From the NCBI GenBank assembly GCA_965228735.1, contig OZ245838.1:5760001-5824000 (forward strand): a DNA stretch of 64,000 nt. The letters are read 5' to 3'. Positions 60,821 to 64,000 of the stretch are shown piece after piece. The position numbers were made by a program, and so were the translations under genes. The notes below the pieces were generated by a model. The model worked only from the letters and a program-made list of their open reading frames with translations, was not told the origin of the DNA and ran no database searches. This DNA comes from Planctomycetota bacterium (GTDB taxonomy: Bacteria; Planctomycetota; UBA1135; UBA2386). The stretch's first letter is position 1. Every line of letters starts with the position of its first letter.

Positions 60821-62232
60821 TTGCCGGCTCCGTTGGTCGCGCCGGCCGCGTCGACGCGCGCTTGCAGTTGTTCGAGGGCCGTCCCGAGCTGGGCGTCGAC
60901 GCCCGAGCCCGGCGGGCTCGGCACGACGATCCCGACCTCGGCAGCGACCGCCGTGAAGGCCTCGCGGTGCGCGCGCGGCACGTCGAGGGCGCGGAGTCGA
61001 CTCTTGACCGTCTGCGCCGCCTCTCGGCCCAGCTCCGTGACGACATCGGGGGCGATGCCGACCGGCGGCTCGTTCTCGCCACCCTGGCCCGTCCCTTCCT
61101 GACCTGGGCCATTCGAGCCGCCGTGCGGCGAACGCGTCCGGGTGGAGCCGCCGAGACTGCGGCCCTTCGGCGTGTAGTAGTGCGCGGTCGTGAGCTTGAG
61201 CTTGAAGTCGGACCAGCTGTAGACGGTGTTGACGACGCCCTTGCCGTAGGTGCGCGTGCCGACGATCGTCGCCCTGTCGTGATCCTGCAGGCAGCCCGCG
61301 AGCACCTCCGATGCGCTCGCCGAGTCGCCGTTGACGAGCAGCACGAGCGGCAGGTCGGGGTAGCGGCACTTCGCGGCGTCGGCTTCGGCGCGTTCGAGCT
61401 CCTCGCCGCGGCGGCGCGTCGACACGATGACGCCCGATGGCTGGAACATGCGGGCGACGTCGAGGCACTCGTCGAAGTTGCCGCCGCCGTTCCAGCGCAG
61501 GTCGACGATCAGGCCGCGCAGGCTCGTCGACGCGGCGCGCGCGTCGGCTCGCAGGTGTTCGATCTCGTCGCCGAGTGCTTTCGTCAGCCCGCGGTGGAAA
61601 TCGCTGAAGTGCACGTAGCCGAGGCCGTGTTCCGGGTCGATGAGGCGACCCCATTTGACGATGGGCCGTTGCACGCCGGCGCGTTCGACCTGCACGACCA
61701 TGGACTCGTCCGCGCGGCGGATCCCGATCGCGACGGTGCTGCCCTCGGGCCCGCGGATCAGCTCGACGGCGCGGTTCCTGCGCTCGGCGCTCGGGATGGC
61801 GGTGAGGAGCGTGCCGTCGATGCTCACGAGCCGATCGCCCGGCCGGATCCCGGCCCGTTCGGCCGGGCCATCGGCGAACGGAAAGTGCGTGACGAGCTCG
61901 TCGCCGTGCAGCCGAAAGACGAGGCCGATGCCCTCGTATCGTCCGGTGGTCGCCTCTTCGTACTGCTCCACCTTGCCCGGCGGCACGTAGCGGCTGTAGT
62001 CGTCGACTCGCGCCATCGCGGCGATCGCGCGGTCCAGCAGCGCCGCCCCGTCCTGCACTTGCACGTGGGACGTCATGATCTGGTGGTAGACGGATTGCAG
62101 CGCCCGGTCCTGCGGATCGGGGAAATCGACGGCCCGGCCGGAGCCGAGGAAGACCCCGGCCAGGAAGGCGATGGCGATGAGCGAACAATTCACTACCAGG
62201 AACCAGAGCGGCAGCCGCGGTTGCTGATTCAT
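60817..62232 (-). CDS. carboxyl-terminal processing protease (S41A, PDZ)
   Basis: N-terminal TM, DDYSRY, PDZ (GIRPGDR), DLRWNGGG, SASASE, TYGKGVV, KLTTAHYYTPKG. Confidence 0.93.
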   Translation of the reverse strand: MNQQPRLPLWFLVVNCSLIAIAFLAGVFLGSGRAVDFPDPQDRALQSVYHQIMTSHVQVQDGAALLDRAIAAMARVDDYSRYVPPGKVEQYEEATTGRYEGIGLVFRLHGDELVTHFPFADGPAERAGIRPGDRLVSIDGTLLTAIPSAERRNRAVELIRGPEGSTVAIGIRRADESMVVQVERAGVQRPIVKWGRLIDPEHGLGYVHFSDFHRGLTKALGDEIEHLRADARAASTSLRGLIVDLRWNGGGNFDECLDVARMFQPSGVIVSTRRRGEELERAEADAAKCRYPDLPLVLLVNGDSASASEVLAGCLQDHDRATIVGTRTYGKGVVNTVYSWSDFKLKLTTAHYYTPKGRSLGGSTRTRSPHGGSNGPGQEGTGQGGENEPPVGIAPDVVTELGREAAQTVKSRLRALDVPRAHREAFTAVAAEVGIVVPSPPGSGVDAQLGTALEQLQARVDAAGATNGAGK

Positions 62233-62256
62233 GGGGACAGCGTAGAGTCTGGTGCC
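62233..62256. promoter_or_regulatory. 24-bp divergent promoter with overlapping -10 boxes
   Basis: TAGAGT (+, 62243-62248) lies 8 nt before ATG 62257; TACGCT (-, 62239-62244) lies 6 nt before ATG 62232. Confidence 0.55.
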
Positions 62257-64000
62257 ATGGCGCGCATTCTCGTCGTGGACGACTCGATCGAGAACCTCTC
62301 GCTCATCGAGCTGTTCCTGCGCGAGACGGAGTTCGAGGTCGTCACGGCCAACAGTGGCCACGATGCGCTGGAACAATGCTCGCGCCGCCCGTTCGAGCTC
62401 ATCCTGCTCGACGTCGTCATGCCGGGGATCGACGGCTTCGAGGTCTGCCGGCGCCTCAAGGACGACCCGCGAACGGCGTTCATCCCGGTGATCTTCCTGA
62501 CGGGGCGCTTCATCGACGAGTCGGACAAGGTCGCGGCCTACAAGCTCGGTGCCGTCGACTACATCCAGAAGCCGGTCAACCGCGAAGAGCTCGTGGCGCG
62601 CATCCGCGTGATGCGACGCCTCGAGGAGACCCGATCGCGGCTCGACCGCGAGAACGCGGCGCTGCGTGCGGAGGTCGAGGCGCTCGGCCGGTCGCTGCAG
62701 TCGGTCAGCGGCGAGATCGAGCAGCTCCAGCTGTTGCGGCGCGAGTTCGACGCGACTTCGGATCCCGGCGTGCTCGCGCTGGCCGCCGATGGCCTGGTGC
62801 GCAGCGTGGATCAGGCGGTGCGGACGCTGCTGCCGAACGTGCGGATCGGCGCGTCGCTCGTCGACGCCGGCCACGGCGCCTCGCGGGTCGCGCGACTCGT
62901 CGCGGACGGCGCGCGGTCGGCGGACCTCGACCTGCCGCTCGGTGAGGACGACACGCGGACGGTGCGCGTCGTCGTTCGCGGTGTCGACGGCGGCGGCCAC
63001 GTCGTGTTGCTGCGCGACGTGACCGGGCTCTGCCGCGCCGAGCAACTGGTGCACGACCGTGAGCTCGCCCGTTCGGACGAGCCGGACGACGACGGCCGGA
63101 AGTCGGCGCGGTCGTACGCGATGAGCGACTACATAGGTGATTCGAGCGGGATCGCCGAGGTCAACGGGCTCGTCGAGCAGTTGCGCCATACCCGCACGAC
63201 CGTGCTCATCCAGGGGGAGACCGGCACGGGCAAGGAGCTGGTCGCGCGCGCGCTGCACTTCGACGGCAAGAACCGCAGCGCGCCGTTCATTCCGTTGCAC
63301 TGTGGCGCGATCGCGCCCGAGCTCGTGGAGAGCGAACTGTTCGGTCACGAGCGCGGTTCGTTCACGGGCGCCGACAACGCCCGCGACGGGCTCTTCCGCG
63401 CGGCCGACGGCGGCACGATCTTCCTCGACGAGATCGCCGAGCTGTCGATGGAGACGCAGATCAAGCTGCTGCGGGTGCTGCAGCGCGGCGAGGTGCGACC
63501 GATCGGCGCCAACCAGCCGCGTATCGTCGACGTCCGGGTGATCGGGGCGACCAACCAGGAACTCGCGACGCTCGTCAAGGCGGGCAAGTTTCGCGAGGAC
63601 CTCTACTATCGACTGCAGGTCGTGCGCATCGAGCTGCCGCCGCTGCGCGATCGCGTCGAGGACCTGCCGCAACTCATCGACCACTTCCTCAAGGCCGGCA
63701 ACACGCGCCACGGCCGCAAGGCGGAGCCCGTCCGCGGCGTCTCCAATGCGGCGATGGGGTTGTTGCTCGCCTACAGCTGGCCCGGCAACGTGCGTGAGCT
63801 CGAGAACATGATCGAGCGGGCGTTCGCGCTCGGCGTCGGTGAAGTGCTGCAGGTCGAGGATCTGCCGTCGCACATCGTCGCCGGCCGGCCGGCGCTCGTC
63901 GTGGACGACCCGGTCGAGAGCGCTGCATCGGCCGAGGATGGTGCGATCGTCGACGCGGACGGCACGCGCGATGGCAAGGCGGCGGGCGCCGTGAAGAACA
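62257..64000 (+). CDS. sigma-54-dependent response regulator (REC - coiled coil - PAS-like - AAA+), runs off window end
   Basis: Manual translation: [10 protein letters not shown]...[11 protein letters not shown]...[50 protein letters not shown]. Absent from the ORF track because no stop falls in the window. Confidence 0.93.
   Translation, partial: MARILVVDDSIENLSLIELFLRETEFEVVTANSGHDALEQCSRRPFELILLDVVMPGIDGFEVCRRLKDDPRTAFIPVIFLTGRFIDESDKVAAYKLGAVDYIQKPVNREELVARIRVMRRLEETRSRLDRENAALRAEVEALGRSLQSVSGEIEQLQLLRREFDATSDPGVLALAADGLVRSVDQAVRTLLPNVRIGASLVDAGHGASRVARLVADGARSADLDLPLGEDDTRTVRVVVRGVDGGGHVVLLRDVTGLCRAEQLVHDRELARSDEPDDDGRKSARSYAMSDYIGDSSGIAEVNGLVEQLRHTRTTVLIQGETGTGKELVARALHFDGKNRSAPFIPLHCGAIAPELVESELFGHERGSFTGADNARDGLFRAADGGTIFLDEIAELSMETQIKLLRVLQRGEVRPIGANQPRIVDVRVIGATNQELATLVKAGKFREDLYYRLQVVRIELPPLRDRVEDLPQLIDHFLKAGNTRHGRKAEPVRGVSNAAMGLLLAYSWPGNVRELENMIERAFALGVGEVLQVEDLPSHIVAGRPALVVDDPVESAASAEDGAIVDADGTRDGKAAGAVKN

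Noticed and set aside
60817..63873. 1018-aa S41 protease with a long N-terminal extension
   Set aside because: The extension is the antisense shadow of the sigma-54 activator; the real start is MNQQPR at 62232.

Overview
A very GC-rich bacterial chromosomal window with about 58 densely packed genes. No rRNA, tRNA, CRISPR array or intact mobile element was recognised. The gene style (several ECF sigma factors, one fused to a large extracytoplasmic extension, sulfatases, a secretin-like protein, futalosine-pathway mqnD) suggests Planctomycetota; this is an inference. Contents in order: boxB/boxC (aerobic benzoyl-CoA epoxidase pathway) with a TGCA-N6-TGCA operator; GH5-like and GH95 glycosidases; a 2,021-aa DUF4011/SF1-helicase/Vsr-like nuclease protein (Hhe-type defence) with an N-terminal Cys-His domain; a flap nuclease; a membrane-protein pair behind two 17-bp palindromes; two sulfatases; two ECF/anti-sigma operons; PhoD; pyrC and mqnD flanking a possible rod-shaped ncRNA; an ABC exporter; xth; a ChaN-PDZ lipoprotein; Leu/Val dehydrogenase; an archaeal/eukaryotic-type (type II) methionine aminopeptidase coupled to kbl; a ~6-kb accessory strip of small genes with a RelE/ParE TA pair and two frameshifted genes; dinB; a ctpA-tsaD-larB-carA operon; and a partial sigma-54 activator. 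Non-coding highlights are a dispersed palindromic repeat family (core CGTACGG(T/A)ACCTGGTTC, including a perfect 52-bp inverted repeat that contains both stop codons of two convergent genes) and many TAnnnT boxes 6-10 nt before start codons, suggesting leaderless mRNAs. Products were assigned by motif recognition only; no database searches were run.
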